A stretch of 59,436 nt of DNA from Candidatus Yanofskybacteria bacterium RIFCSPHIGHO2_01_FULL_41_21 (lineage in GTDB: Bacteria > Patescibacteriota > Minisyncoccia > 2-02-FULL-40-12 > GWA2-44-9): positions 1 through 59,436 of the forward strand of contig MGJA01000013.1 in the NCBI GenBank assembly GCA_001794025.1. The letters are read 5' to 3'. Within the stretch, counting starts at the first letter, position 1, and each line of letters begins with the position of its first letter. Below are positions 1-8,173 of the stretch, one piece after another. The notes beneath the pieces were generated by a model. That model saw nothing but the letters and a program-made list of their open reading frames with translations. It did not search any database and was not told the origin of the DNA. Position numbers and translations under genes: made by a program.

Positions 1-2
1 GC

Positions 3-1799
3 GTGGATATGTTTCTGACATCCGTAGCAATCGCCGTTTCGGCGGTTCCGGAGGGTCTGCCGGTAGCCATGACGGTTATCTTGGCAATAGGAGTTCAGCG
101 TATGGCGCGGCGCAAGGGTGTTATCAGAAAGTTGATTGCAGCGGAAACACTGGGGGATACCAGCATAATTCTCACTGATAAAACAGGAACATTAACAACG
201 GCAAAAATGGAATTAAGCAAAGTGCTTCCGATTGAAGGCGTGGAAGAAAAAAACCTGCTTGAATTAGCTCTCGTTAACACCAATATCTTAATAGAGAACC
301 CCAACGATCCGCCGGCAGAGTGGCGAACCAGCGGACGAATACTGGAGACGGCATTAGTGAGGTCGGCTGCCCTTCGAGATATATTTGTGGAAGATGTTAA
401 GAAAAGAACCTCAATCTTAAATTCACTGCCGTTCAATGCGGTTAATAAGTTTTCCGCTTCACTGATACATGACGGAGAAAAACATTTACTTTTATTCTTC
501 GGCGCGCCGGATATTTTTATCGGACACTCTACATTAAGCTCTACTGAGCGAGACGCCGCTTTAAAAGAAATCGGCTCTCTTGCTGAATCCGGGGAACTTG
601 TAGTCGGAGTGGCGGTAAAAGAAATTGAAAAAAAAGAAGATTTCACCTTCTCAAAGGACTTGGAATTAGCGAATCTTGTATTTCAAGGGTTAATTACTAT
701 GCATGATCCGATCAGGCCGAGTGTTAAAGATGCAATCCAAAAAGTGCAAGAATCCGGCATAAGAGTAATAGTCATGACCGGTGATCATCGCGGCACGGCT
801 GAAGCCGTAGCGAAAAAAGTTGGTTTTGAAATTGAGAAAGAAAGCGTACTTGATTCTTCAGAACTTCGACTACTTTCGGATGCGGATCTCAAAAAGCGTT
901 TGCCGTCTCTGCGAGTTATTTCTCGCGTATCTCCGCTAGATAAAATGAGGATTGTAAAAGCGTTTCAAGAAACAGGAGAAGTTGTGGCAATGACCGGCGA
1001 CGGCGTAAACGATGCGCCGAGTATTAAACAAGCCGACATAGGGATTGCTATGGGTTCGGGGACAGAAGTGGCGCGTGATGTCGCAGACCTTGTATTGTTG
1101 GATGATAATTTTGAGACCATTGCTGCTGCCGTGGAAGAAGGTCGTCAAATTATGCACAATATCCGTAAGGTTCTCGTATATCTTCTTTCTTCCGTATCAG
1201 ATGAACTGCTTTTGATTGGTGGAGCTCTTGTAATGGGTCTAGCACTTCCATTGAATGCGCTTCAGATATTATACGTGAATTTCTTTTCAGACAGCTTTCC
1301 GGCTGTCGCGTTCGCTTTCGAAAGGGATATTGACGGTTTAACTTACCGTTCCCGGAGTACAAAAGCCGGCCTCTTTGATCCCATTATGAGATTTTTAATT
1401 TTATTCATCGGCCTTTCCACGAGCGTGCTTTTATTTGTATTGTACTGGTTATTATTGCGAGCCGGTTTTCCAGAAGATCTTGTAAAGACATTTATTTTCG
1501 CCAGTTTCGGAAGTTATACCTTATTTTTAGCTTTTTCACTTAGAAGCTTGGATAAAAACATCTTCAAATATCCAGTTTTTTCAAATCGCTATCTAGTTGT
1601 GGGTGTAGGCATCGGATTGGTTCTTATGGCCGTGGCTATCTATGTTCCATTTATGCAGTCATTATTAAAGACAACCCCGTTGCCTTTTTACTGGCTTTTG
1701 GGAGTTGTATTGATCGGTCTGATAAATATTTTAGCGGTTGAATTTGGGAAATGGATTTTCCGTTCCAAAGTCCATTTGCCGTTCAAGAAAAAACCCTGA
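3..1799 (+). CDS. P-type (E1-E2) cation-transporting ATPase, C-terminal ~600 aa; 5' end cut by window edge
   Basis: ORF open at window edge; phosphorylation motif DKTGTLT, MTGDHRGTA and hinge TGDGVNDAP motifs, C-terminal TM helices. Confidence 0.9.
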   Translation: MDMFLTSVAIAVSAVPEGLPVAMTVILAIGVQRMARRKGVIRKLIAAETLGDTSIILTDKTGTLTTAKMELSKVLPIEGVEEKNLLELALVNTNILIENPNDPPAEWRTSGRILETALVRSAALRDIFVEDVKKRTSILNSLPFNAVNKFSASLIHDGEKHLLLFFGAPDIFIGHSTLSSTERDAALKEIGSLAESGELVVGVAVKEIEKKEDFTFSKDLELANLVFQGLITMHDPIRPSVKDAIQKVQESGIRVIVMTGDHRGTAEAVAKKVGFEIEKESVLDSSELRLLSDADLKKRLPSLRVISRVSPLDKMRIVKAFQETGEVVAMTGDGVNDAPSIKQADIGIAMGSGTEVARDVADLVLLDDNFETIAAAVEEGRQIMHNIRKVLVYLLSSVSDELLLIGGALVMGLALPLNALQILYVNFFSDSFPAVAFAFERDIDGLTYRSRSTKAGLFDPIMRFLILFIGLSTSVLLFVLYWLLLRAGFPEDLVKTFIFASFGSYTLFLAFSLRSLDKNIFKYPVFSNRYLVVGVGIGLVLMAVAIYVPFMQSLLKTTPLPFYWLLGVVLIGLINILAVEFGKWIFRSKVHLPFKKKP

Positions 1800-1817
1800 T
1801 AAAATCAGGATTTTTTC
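1795..1817 (+). terminator. Rho-independent-type hairpin (CCTGAT-AAA-ATCAGG) followed by T-run, overlapping the ATPase stop codon
   Basis: Inverted repeat 1795-1800/1804-1809 then ATTTTTT; lies between convergent ATPase and tRNA genes. Confidence 0.6.
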
Positions 1818-1822
1818 GTCTG

Positions 1823-2076
1823 CTCCGCGGCCAGGACTCGAACCTGGAACCATCGCCTTACACATAATCCATAGCTTTCGATATGGGGTGGACTATCTCA
1901 TGTCCCTAACGGGACCCGGGTATATAGTCTCTACACATTTATCATCTTGCGATGAATTTAGCTCGGGATTGCCAGTTGAAAGGTTTCCCCGAATTAGCCC
2001 GATTTTTCAATCACGCATTTCTACGTGAAGCTGCCTTACTCGACAGGGCGCCGCTCTACCATTGAGCTACCGCGGA
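1823..2076 (-). tRNA. tRNA-Asn(GUU) gene interrupted in the anticodon by a ~182 nt group I intron; CCA not encoded
   Basis: Minus strand. Acceptor TCCGCGG/CCGCGGA (U1-A72) with discriminator G. D arm GCTC-AATGGTA-GAGC. Anticodon stem GCGCC/GGCGA. T arm CCAGG-TTCGAGT-CCTGG. Joining the exons gives loop CTGTTAA, as in E. coli tRNA-Asn. Confidence 0.8.
1861..2042 (-). ncRNA. Group I intron (IC3-like tRNA intron), no ORF
   Basis: The 5' exon ends in U35, which pairs as U.G with internal guide GCAG (P1). P2 is TCACG/CGTGA. P4 is TCGGGG/TCCCGA with A-rich J4/5 and J5/4. P6 is TCATC-GCAA-GATGA. The R-like element is GTAGAGACTA and the S-like element GAGATAGTCC (P7 GACTA/TAGTC). P8 is GTCCC-GTTA-GGGAC. 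P9 carries a GAAA loop. The terminal nucleotide is G (omega G). Confidence 0.75.
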
Positions 2077-2152
2077 ATGTATTGTTAAGTTCTAACATGA
2101 GAATTTTATCATATAAAACCTTGTTGTTCAACCTGCCTGCTGGTAGGCAGGG

Positions 2153-3463
2153 CTACTTTGCATTAAGGTATATCTTGGAATCCTTGATACATATCGTGGC
2201 ATCCAAACAACTCATGATCTCTCGTTTCTCCTCTCGGGTGCCTTCCATGAGTAAGTATTTAGCATAATTCCGGATATTCACTTGATTGGTCTGGGCTTCA
2301 GCTACTTCTTGCCCCAAGATGCCATTTACAAACTTTCGATGCCGATCAACCTCTCGATTCAGCTTTTCGGATATCTGAATCTTATTGACCGGGATATTAT
2401 CAAAGAGTTGAAGCAGTAACCCAATGAGATTATCTTCTCGGATATACTTTTCGTGGCAATACCGGTCTCTGAATTTCATACAGTGATAGTAGATATATTT
2501 ATTGACGCCGCCATTTTTGAGTCGTTTGAATTTTTCGCTGGCTGTCACACCTGATCCACACTTGCCACATTTGAATATCTTTACGAAATTGAACTCTTTG
2601 GTACCAGGTCGAAGTCGTGGTGCATGAACTAAGCACGCCTGCACTTTTTCAAACAGCTCTTTATCAATAATCGGTGCATGCTTGCCGTCATAGAAGATGC
2701 CACTACCTAATGGATACTCAAAGCGGCCGTGATAAAAATGGTCTCGCAGAATACTATATATTCTACTCAGCGCCATTTTGTGGTTAGTACGAGTTTTGAA
2801 CCCGATTTCATTCAACCACTCTAAGATATCCCGGCCACTGCATCCTTGATAGGCAACCTTCTTAAACATCTCTTTTATAATTGGGGCACGTTCCGGGTCG
2901 ATGATAATTTTCTTTTCACCTTTCTTACAATTCGGATCGTAGTGGTATCCCAATGGTGGCATTCCTGGACGCCATCCGGAAGCACATTTGGCTCGCAGTC
3001 CTCGTTTTACATTTACGGACAGATCGATGATGAACTGGTTGGCCATACCGAACTCGACCTGCATCATTAATACATTATCTGTCGGATAATAAACTCGGCC
3101 GAATGTTTGGATTTGTTTTATAATATTTTTCTGTAGCATCCAACTGATAGCTCCGCCGTCAATTGGATTTCTTGCGATGCGGTCAAGCTTCCAACAGATA
3201 ATTCCGTCGGCTTCATTATGCTTAATTTTTTCCAGCATTTGATTAAACACTGGCCTGCCCGGTGCCTTCGCTGATTGGGCTTCGGTAAATATCTCGACGA
3301 TGTTCAGATTATTTTCCCAAGCCACTTTTTGAAGCTCGGCGATTTGGGCATCAATAGATGCTACTTGCCTATCTTCCGCCTCGCTTGATTTCCTTGCGTA
3401 AAGGCAGTATTTGATGGGGACTACTGGAACCTCTTGTAGTTGTTGTGTATTGTTCATATACAC
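2153..3463 (-). CDS. Large serine recombinase (phage-type integrase)
   Basis: N-terminal resolvase-type catalytic region (YARKSS...QVASIDAQ), central recombinase domain, Cys-rich zinc ribbon CGKCGS...YYHC, C-terminal coiled coil; 77 nt from the tRNA 5' end. Confidence 0.85.
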   Translation of the reverse strand: MYMNNTQQLQEVPVVPIKYCLYARKSSEAEDRQVASIDAQIAELQKVAWENNLNIVEIFTEAQSAKAPGRPVFNQMLEKIKHNEADGIICWKLDRIARNPIDGGAISWMLQKNIIKQIQTFGRVYYPTDNVLMMQVEFGMANQFIIDLSVNVKRGLRAKCASGWRPGMPPLGYHYDPNCKKGEKKIIIDPERAPIIKEMFKKVAYQGCSGRDILEWLNEIGFKTRTNHKMALSRIYSILRDHFYHGRFEYPLGSGIFYDGKHAPIIDKELFEKVQACLVHAPRLRPGTKEFNFVKIFKCGKCGSGVTASEKFKRLKNGGVNKYIYYHCMKFRDRYCHEKYIREDNLIGLLLQLFDNIPVNKIQISEKLNREVDRHRKFVNGILGQEVAEAQTNQVNIRNYAKYLLMEGTREEKREIMSCLDATICIKDSKIYLNAK

Positions 3464-3516
3464 ATTGATGACGCCGTTCCTCTGACCAGTCCAGACTCCT
3501 AGTTGGTAACTTTTGT

Positions 3517-5052
3517 TTAAAGTTTTTGCCTTAAAAAAGAGTTGAAAGGGAGTGTTGAATTTGGGAATTTAGATCCACCCATTCGGTCAGCTTTACCTCC
3601 AGGGAAAGAGCCACGTCTGTTATTGTCCATCGTATAGTACGCAAGGATAACAAAGGCATCCATAAGATCGTCATGTTTTTCCACCCCGAACCCTACGATT
3701 TGGTTAATAAGTTCCTCGCACCCTTTCTTGGGAAATAAAATAACACCGTTTTTAATGAGATGCGATATTAAAGACAAGCGGGATCGTTTATCCATGCCAT
3801 TGATTTTTACACCCCTGGCGTCAATCCAGCGTTCTTTAAGCTGTTGAGTGAAAGCCTCTTGGTAGGCGACTTCTTCTATAAGCAGTTCTGTACTTTTTCT
3901 GTTTGGATTCGCGGTTCTTGATATCAGCTCGGCTTTTTCAAGCGCTGTTGGAAAATCCATTCGGGCGTTGACGGGAAATGAATGAACATAGAGCTTAGTT
4001 TCTCCATAGCGTCCGAATTTTGAACCCGTGACCATGGCGGTATAATCAGCCGTCTGTTTAAGAGAGATGGCAAGATCAACCCCTGTCTTAGTCCATGAAT
4101 ACCTGTCAGAACTGAAAGACGGAAAATCATCGTTGTCGTAATACTGAATCCACTCACGAGGAACCACTTGGTCATCGGCCGGAATAATCTTCAGCATAAA
4201 CTCTCTTTGCCATGAAATATCGTTAGCAATTTTCTGGCGCTCTTCTTCTATCGTTTCTTGTGTTGGAAATCTACCCGGCCAAGCGACCACTCCCTTATTA
4301 TCCATAAGCGGATATTCCCGGTAGACTCCTTTTAATTTTTCTGCGTCAATTTCTTCTTGAAGACGTCTTAATAAACCATCTTCGTGCAATAAGTTTCCTA
4401 TAATTATCACTTTCACATTCGGGCTTCCAGAAGGAATAATATCGCCCTTGAACCAATCATAGGCCTTGTCTCGGCTGTCTTGAGTCCTGACACTTTGGAG
4501 ATCTTCAATGTCGTCAGCTATTATGACATCCGGCCTGTACTGAAGATACCTTGTGCCTCGTATGCCCTGTTCGCTGGACGCCGCCATAATCCTGGCATCG
4601 TATTTAGGGATGACTAAAGCAAAACCACCCCACTCATCCGGCTCTTCTTTAAATGGTCCCAAATCAGAACTTAACAAATGATTTTGTTCAAGCTCTCTTT
4701 TAATGTTCATGAGATACTGTCTGGCCTGTCTTTGGGTTTGGCTTAAAATCACGATGAACTTTTTCCCTTGTCTGCCCAGTATTGCCCATAAGGGATAGGA
4801 GAGGGTGCAGAGGGTTGATTTTCCAGAGCCTCTGAAAGCGGTTATTACTGAAATACCAATATCTTCTTTTTCTGTAAGTTCGAATATCTGCCGATGGAAC
4901 TCCGCCGTTTGAAATGTCACATAATGGGGAAAGTAAAAATGGAAGAACCAATAATGACTCGCTTTGGCAAGGTTAATCCGGAAATTCCGGTTCTTCACCA
5001 TCTGTTCCAGTACCGTCTTGAGCGAGTTTTGGTTGGTTATTATTTTGCGCAT
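3517..5052 (-). CDS. Phage terminase large subunit (TerL)
   Basis: Walker A AFRGSGKST, Walker B-like VIIADDIED, C-terminal RNaseH-like nuclease region; overlaps upstream small HTH gene as in terS-terL pairs. Confidence 0.8.
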   Translation of the reverse strand: MRKIITNQNSLKTVLEQMVKNRNFRINLAKASHYWFFHFYFPHYVTFQTAEFHRQIFELTEKEDIGISVITAFRGSGKSTLCTLSYPLWAILGRQGKKFIVILSQTQRQARQYLMNIKRELEQNHLLSSDLGPFKEEPDEWGGFALVIPKYDARIMAASSEQGIRGTRYLQYRPDVIIADDIEDLQSVRTQDSRDKAYDWFKGDIIPSGSPNVKVIIIGNLLHEDGLLRRLQEEIDAEKLKGVYREYPLMDNKGVVAWPGRFPTQETIEEERQKIANDISWQREFMLKIIPADDQVVPREWIQYYDNDDFPSFSSDRYSWTKTGVDLAISLKQTADYTAMVTGSKFGRYGETKLYVHSFPVNARMDFPTALEKAELISRTANPNRKSTELLIEEVAYQEAFTQQLKERWIDARGVKINGMDKRSRLSLISHLIKNGVILFPKKGCEELINQIVGFGVEKHDDLMDAFVILAYYTMDNNRRGSFPGGKADRMGGSKFPNSTLPFNSFLRQKL

Positions 5053-5461
5053 TCTGTTGGGGCAAAGCGAGCTTTAACGCTTCACGGAGGAGTTTTGTCT
5101 GCTCCGGAGTCAAGGGTTCGCTTGCCTGGGTTAGATGACCTTTTATTTCCAACGTATTTCTGTAGCGAGGTTCATTGTGGGTAAGCCAAAAACGGATGGC
5201 ATCAAATTTCTTGTCTTTGATCAAAGAGAAAATTTGTGACTCCGCAATGTCTGAAATAAATATCCGGCCTTCGGTAAGGGCCAAATCAATTTCCTTGGCG
5301 AACTTTTTACTATTTTTAACCCAACGGTATATGTTGGTTCGTGCCACTCCGGCTTTTTCACAAGCCAACTCTACTGTTGGTGTCCGTTTGAGTTGCTCAA
5401 TAAAAGCCTTCTTAAGTTTCTTCTGCCGTATTTTTATTGTTTTTTCTTTGGACATAATCAA
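4973..5461 (-). CDS. HTH DNA-binding protein, terminase small subunit-like
   Basis: HTH ACEKAGVARTNIYRWV; position immediately upstream of and overlapping TerL. Confidence 0.5.
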   Translation of the reverse strand: MIMSKEKTIKIRQKKLKKAFIEQLKRTPTVELACEKAGVARTNIYRWVKNSKKFAKEIDLALTEGRIFISDIAESQIFSLIKDKKFDAIRFWLTHNEPRYRNTLEIKGHLTQASEPLTPEQTKLLREALKLALPQQNAQNNNQPKLAQDGTGTDGEEPEFPD

Positions 5462-6783
5462 GATATTTTTTTAACTTTTTTGCCGGTTAGATTTTGCCAC
5501 CTGCGTTTTATAATTTCAGCGTAGACAGAACTCTTTTCCATTATGAAGCATCGACGGCCAAGTTTGATTGAGGCGATAAGAGTGCTCCCAGAGCCGCCGA
5601 ACGGCTCCAGGACTAGATCATTACGCTTCGTGAGCACCTTAATATATGGGATTAAGAGCTCGAGAGGTTTGGTGCCGAAAATAATGCTTTGTCCTGATGA
5701 TTTCTGATCAGCCGCAATATGGTCAATGAAATCGGTCGGGCATATCTTTTTACCTTTCTCATATCCTTCCCAGTGGGGCTTGCCGGCGGTGGCATACAGG
5801 GCATTCTCATATTCGTTCTGGAACAACTCATCAGATTCAGGAGCGAGATTTAAGTCCGTCTTGCCAGAACTGCCGACCAATGCAATGTCTTGTTTGTTGA
5901 AGAACTTATACTTGGCAGAAAATCCTTGGACACGATTCGGGACATGCCATGTAATAGTATTGCGATATCGCCAATGTTTTTCGAGGGCGTTCCATATCGT
6001 GCGCAGATTCTTTGGATGCTCGAAGATAATAATAGAGAAATCCGACTTCTGAACCTTGCTCACATTCGCCATCCACTGATCAGTGAAGTCATCGGGCAGA
6101 ACGTCGGTTTCCAGATATTTACGATTTTTCTTCAATCCAAAACCTTCCGTGGGTTTGCCGTTTTTGGACTTGCCGTGGAGATAATCCAAAATATATGGGG
6201 GGTCTGTAAAACACATGTCGGCTCGCTCGTCACCCATAAGTTTAAGCATCTCGGCCTCAATACAAGAGTCACCGCACATAAGGCGAGAACCGTTACCCAG
6301 TTCGTAGATGTCGCCCTTTTTAATCGTAATCTCTTTGATGTTAAGTTTTTCCAACTCCTTTTTAAGGTCAAATTGCTCCGGCGTATCCTCAATCTCGAAG
6401 ATTGAATCCAATTCCTCCGAGCTGAAACCAATATCGCCGAGAAATTCTTCTCCGAAACTTTTCAATAGTCCGAGATCAAATTCCCCCAAATTTTTATTCA
6501 ACCTCAAATTTAGTTCCTTCTCTTTTTCAAGGTTTGGAATGTTAACATAAACCACCGGGACTTTTTCATATTTCAAGTCTTTAGCGATCTTCAGTCTGAA
6601 GTGACCGCCGATCACCACATTTTCTCGGCCGGGAGCAGAATTGCAGATTATCGGATCAACAATTCCGAATCTCTTAATTGATTCTGTAAGAGCTTCGATT
6701 TGAGATTGGTTCCATTTTCGCGGGTTATAAAGAGCTGGTCTTAGCTCCTTAATTAGAACTTCAATAATTTTAAGATTAGACAT
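5458..6783 (-). CDS. ParB-like nuclease domain fused to DNA N6-adenine/N4-cytosine methyltransferase
   Basis: N-terminal ParB/Srx-like region (LYNPRKW, GGHFRL); methyltransferase motif IV DPPY (CFTDPPYILDY) followed by AdoMet motif I EPFGGSGST (beta-class order). Confidence 0.8.
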   Translation of the reverse strand: MSNLKIIEVLIKELRPALYNPRKWNQSQIEALTESIKRFGIVDPIICNSAPGRENVVIGGHFRLKIAKDLKYEKVPVVYVNIPNLEKEKELNLRLNKNLGEFDLGLLKSFGEEFLGDIGFSSEELDSIFEIEDTPEQFDLKKELEKLNIKEITIKKGDIYELGNGSRLMCGDSCIEAEMLKLMGDERADMCFTDPPYILDYLHGKSKNGKPTEGFGLKKNRKYLETDVLPDDFTDQWMANVSKVQKSDFSIIIFEHPKNLRTIWNALEKHWRYRNTITWHVPNRVQGFSAKYKFFNKQDIALVGSSGKTDLNLAPESDELFQNEYENALYATAGKPHWEGYEKGKKICPTDFIDHIAADQKSSGQSIIFGTKPLELLIPYIKVLTKRNDLVLEPFGGSGSTLIASIKLGRRCFIMEKSSVYAEIIKRRWQNLTGKKVKKIS

Positions 6784-6848
6784 GTTTTTGTTTAGGTTAT
6801 TTAAATAGTTATTTCCGCTTAAGTCTCAGTTTAATTAAAATCGTTAAC

Positions 6849-7238
6849 TTATTTCTTGCTCTTTTTCTCTTTCTCTTTTCGTGTTTGCATACCGGCCAAA
6901 CGTAGGAATAGTTCAACTTCTTTTGATTCTCCTTTTGCTGAGGCAGTTTCATAGAGTGCCCCAATCACATCCGGAACCCTTTCTTTAATCCATGCCGAAA
7001 TCTTTGATTGGAGCAAAAGTGGAAATTGGGGGTGTCTTTTCCAATCAGTTAAAGTATCCTCGCTCACTCCGATTAATTCCGCTAAATCTTTTTGGAATTT
7101 AGGTTCTCTTAGATATTGTGGAGTAGCTATCCATTCAATAAACCTAAGGAAGCCACCAAGATCCTTTATCCCACTAATTACAGGGTAATCGGAATGAATC
7201 GCTATGGATTTTATGATTTTGCTTGTAGTCATAGTCAT
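6849..7238 (-). CDS. Small HTH protein, second terminase small subunit-like/phage DNA-binding protein
   Basis: HTH LAELIGVSEDTLTDWKRH, basic C-terminal tail; first gene of the minus-strand phage block. Confidence 0.4.
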   Translation of the reverse strand: MTMTTSKIIKSIAIHSDYPVISGIKDLGGFLRFIEWIATPQYLREPKFQKDLAELIGVSEDTLTDWKRHPQFPLLLQSKISAWIKERVPDVIGALYETASAKGESKEVELFLRLAGMQTRKEKEKKSKK

Positions 7239-7849
7239 ATGGTTATTATTGGTTTATATTCGACCGTACAACGAAAACACCAACCGCAGTGGTTGGTGTT
7301 GGTGCATGAGAAAAACAGGCAGAGATACTTAACGAATGCAACAACATCAACCAGTTTTGGTTGTATTGTTACCTTCGTCAAAGACCCCTTAATCAGAAAT
7401 TTAAATTTCTGTTCGGCAACCTCCTATGACTCATAGAGCGGAATAAACGCTCAGTCGTGTATCTCTACACGCGTAAGGCAATATGTATTTTCGACGTACT
7501 ACACATACCTTAGTACATAGAGAGACAAATGCAATAGAAGTAGGTGGATAACACATTTGGTTCAACAGACTGCCAAAGGAGGCGCAAATTGAACTGTTGG
7601 TAAGCCCCCTTCGCAACCGTCCTTATTTAAGCTTGAATGGACGCCAGGTCGATATTTTGTTAGAATACCCTTAACAATTCAGCCTAAACCCATCAAGAAT
7701 CCTTGGCGGGCATGGCACAAAATCGTTAGGTACATTAAACCCGTCAGAGGGCGTACCTAACGTTATACAGGGAAACTTGTATATGCGACCGAAAGGTTGC
7801 ACCTGTGGCGGGTTTTGTGTTTCTTGCCACCTAAATCCATCCAAGGAGT

Positions 7850-8158
7850 ATGAATGATAAAAATTTAATTTGCGGCAGTTGCGGACACACTAATCCCGCA
7901 AAGAGGGTTACCCGAGGTACTTTCCTTGCGGAAATTACCCTTTGGGTCACAGCCCTCTTTCTACTTTTTGCGATACCATTTATTGGCGGTGTTTTAATCG
8001 TCATAGCGATTGTCTATTCGGTCTGGCGACTCCTCTCTCGAAGAACTAAATGTCAATATTGCGGGAATACAAACCTTATCCCGATTAATAGTCCTATCGG
8101 GAAGAAATTACTTGAAAAATTAGAGAACGGGAAAGAAAGCGAAAAAGGAAATATATAA
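7850..8158 (+). CDS. Zinc-ribbon membrane protein
   Basis: CGSCGH ... CQYCGN Cys pairs flanking two hydrophobic helices; RBS AAGGAG upstream. Confidence 0.5.
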   Translation: MNDKNLICGSCGHTNPAKRVTRGTFLAEITLWVTALFLLFAIPFIGGVLIVIAIVYSVWRLLSRRTKCQYCGNTNLIPINSPIGKKLLEKLENGKESEKGNI

Positions 8159-8173
8159 TTTTCCACCCAACCT

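Larger units (their letters stand above)
2153..7238 (-). mobile_element. Phage-derived integration/packaging module (cryptic prophage remnant or satellite-like element) next to tRNA-Asn
   Basis: Five co-oriented genes: serine integrase, TerL, TerS-like HTH, ParB-methyltransferase, second TerS-like HTH. No portal, capsid or tail genes in the window. Confidence 0.6.

Noticed and set aside
2077-2152. Hairpin CCTGCCT-GCTGGT-AGGCAGG between the tRNA and the recombinase as an att core
   Set aside because: Serine recombinase att sites cannot be recognised from sequence alone. The hairpin is more simply the recombinase gene terminator.
1738-2267. ORFs 1738-2028 (+) and 2025-2267 (+) from the six-frame track
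   Set aside because: They run antisense through the tRNA-Asn exons, the group I intron and the recombinase 3' end. They have no RBS or motifs, and the RNA-gene interpretation explains the sequence far better.
7116-7616. ORFs 7116-7436 (+) and 7431-7616 (-)
   Set aside because: The first overlaps the 6849-7238 gene antisense and both lack RBS or motifs. The region is treated as non-coding.
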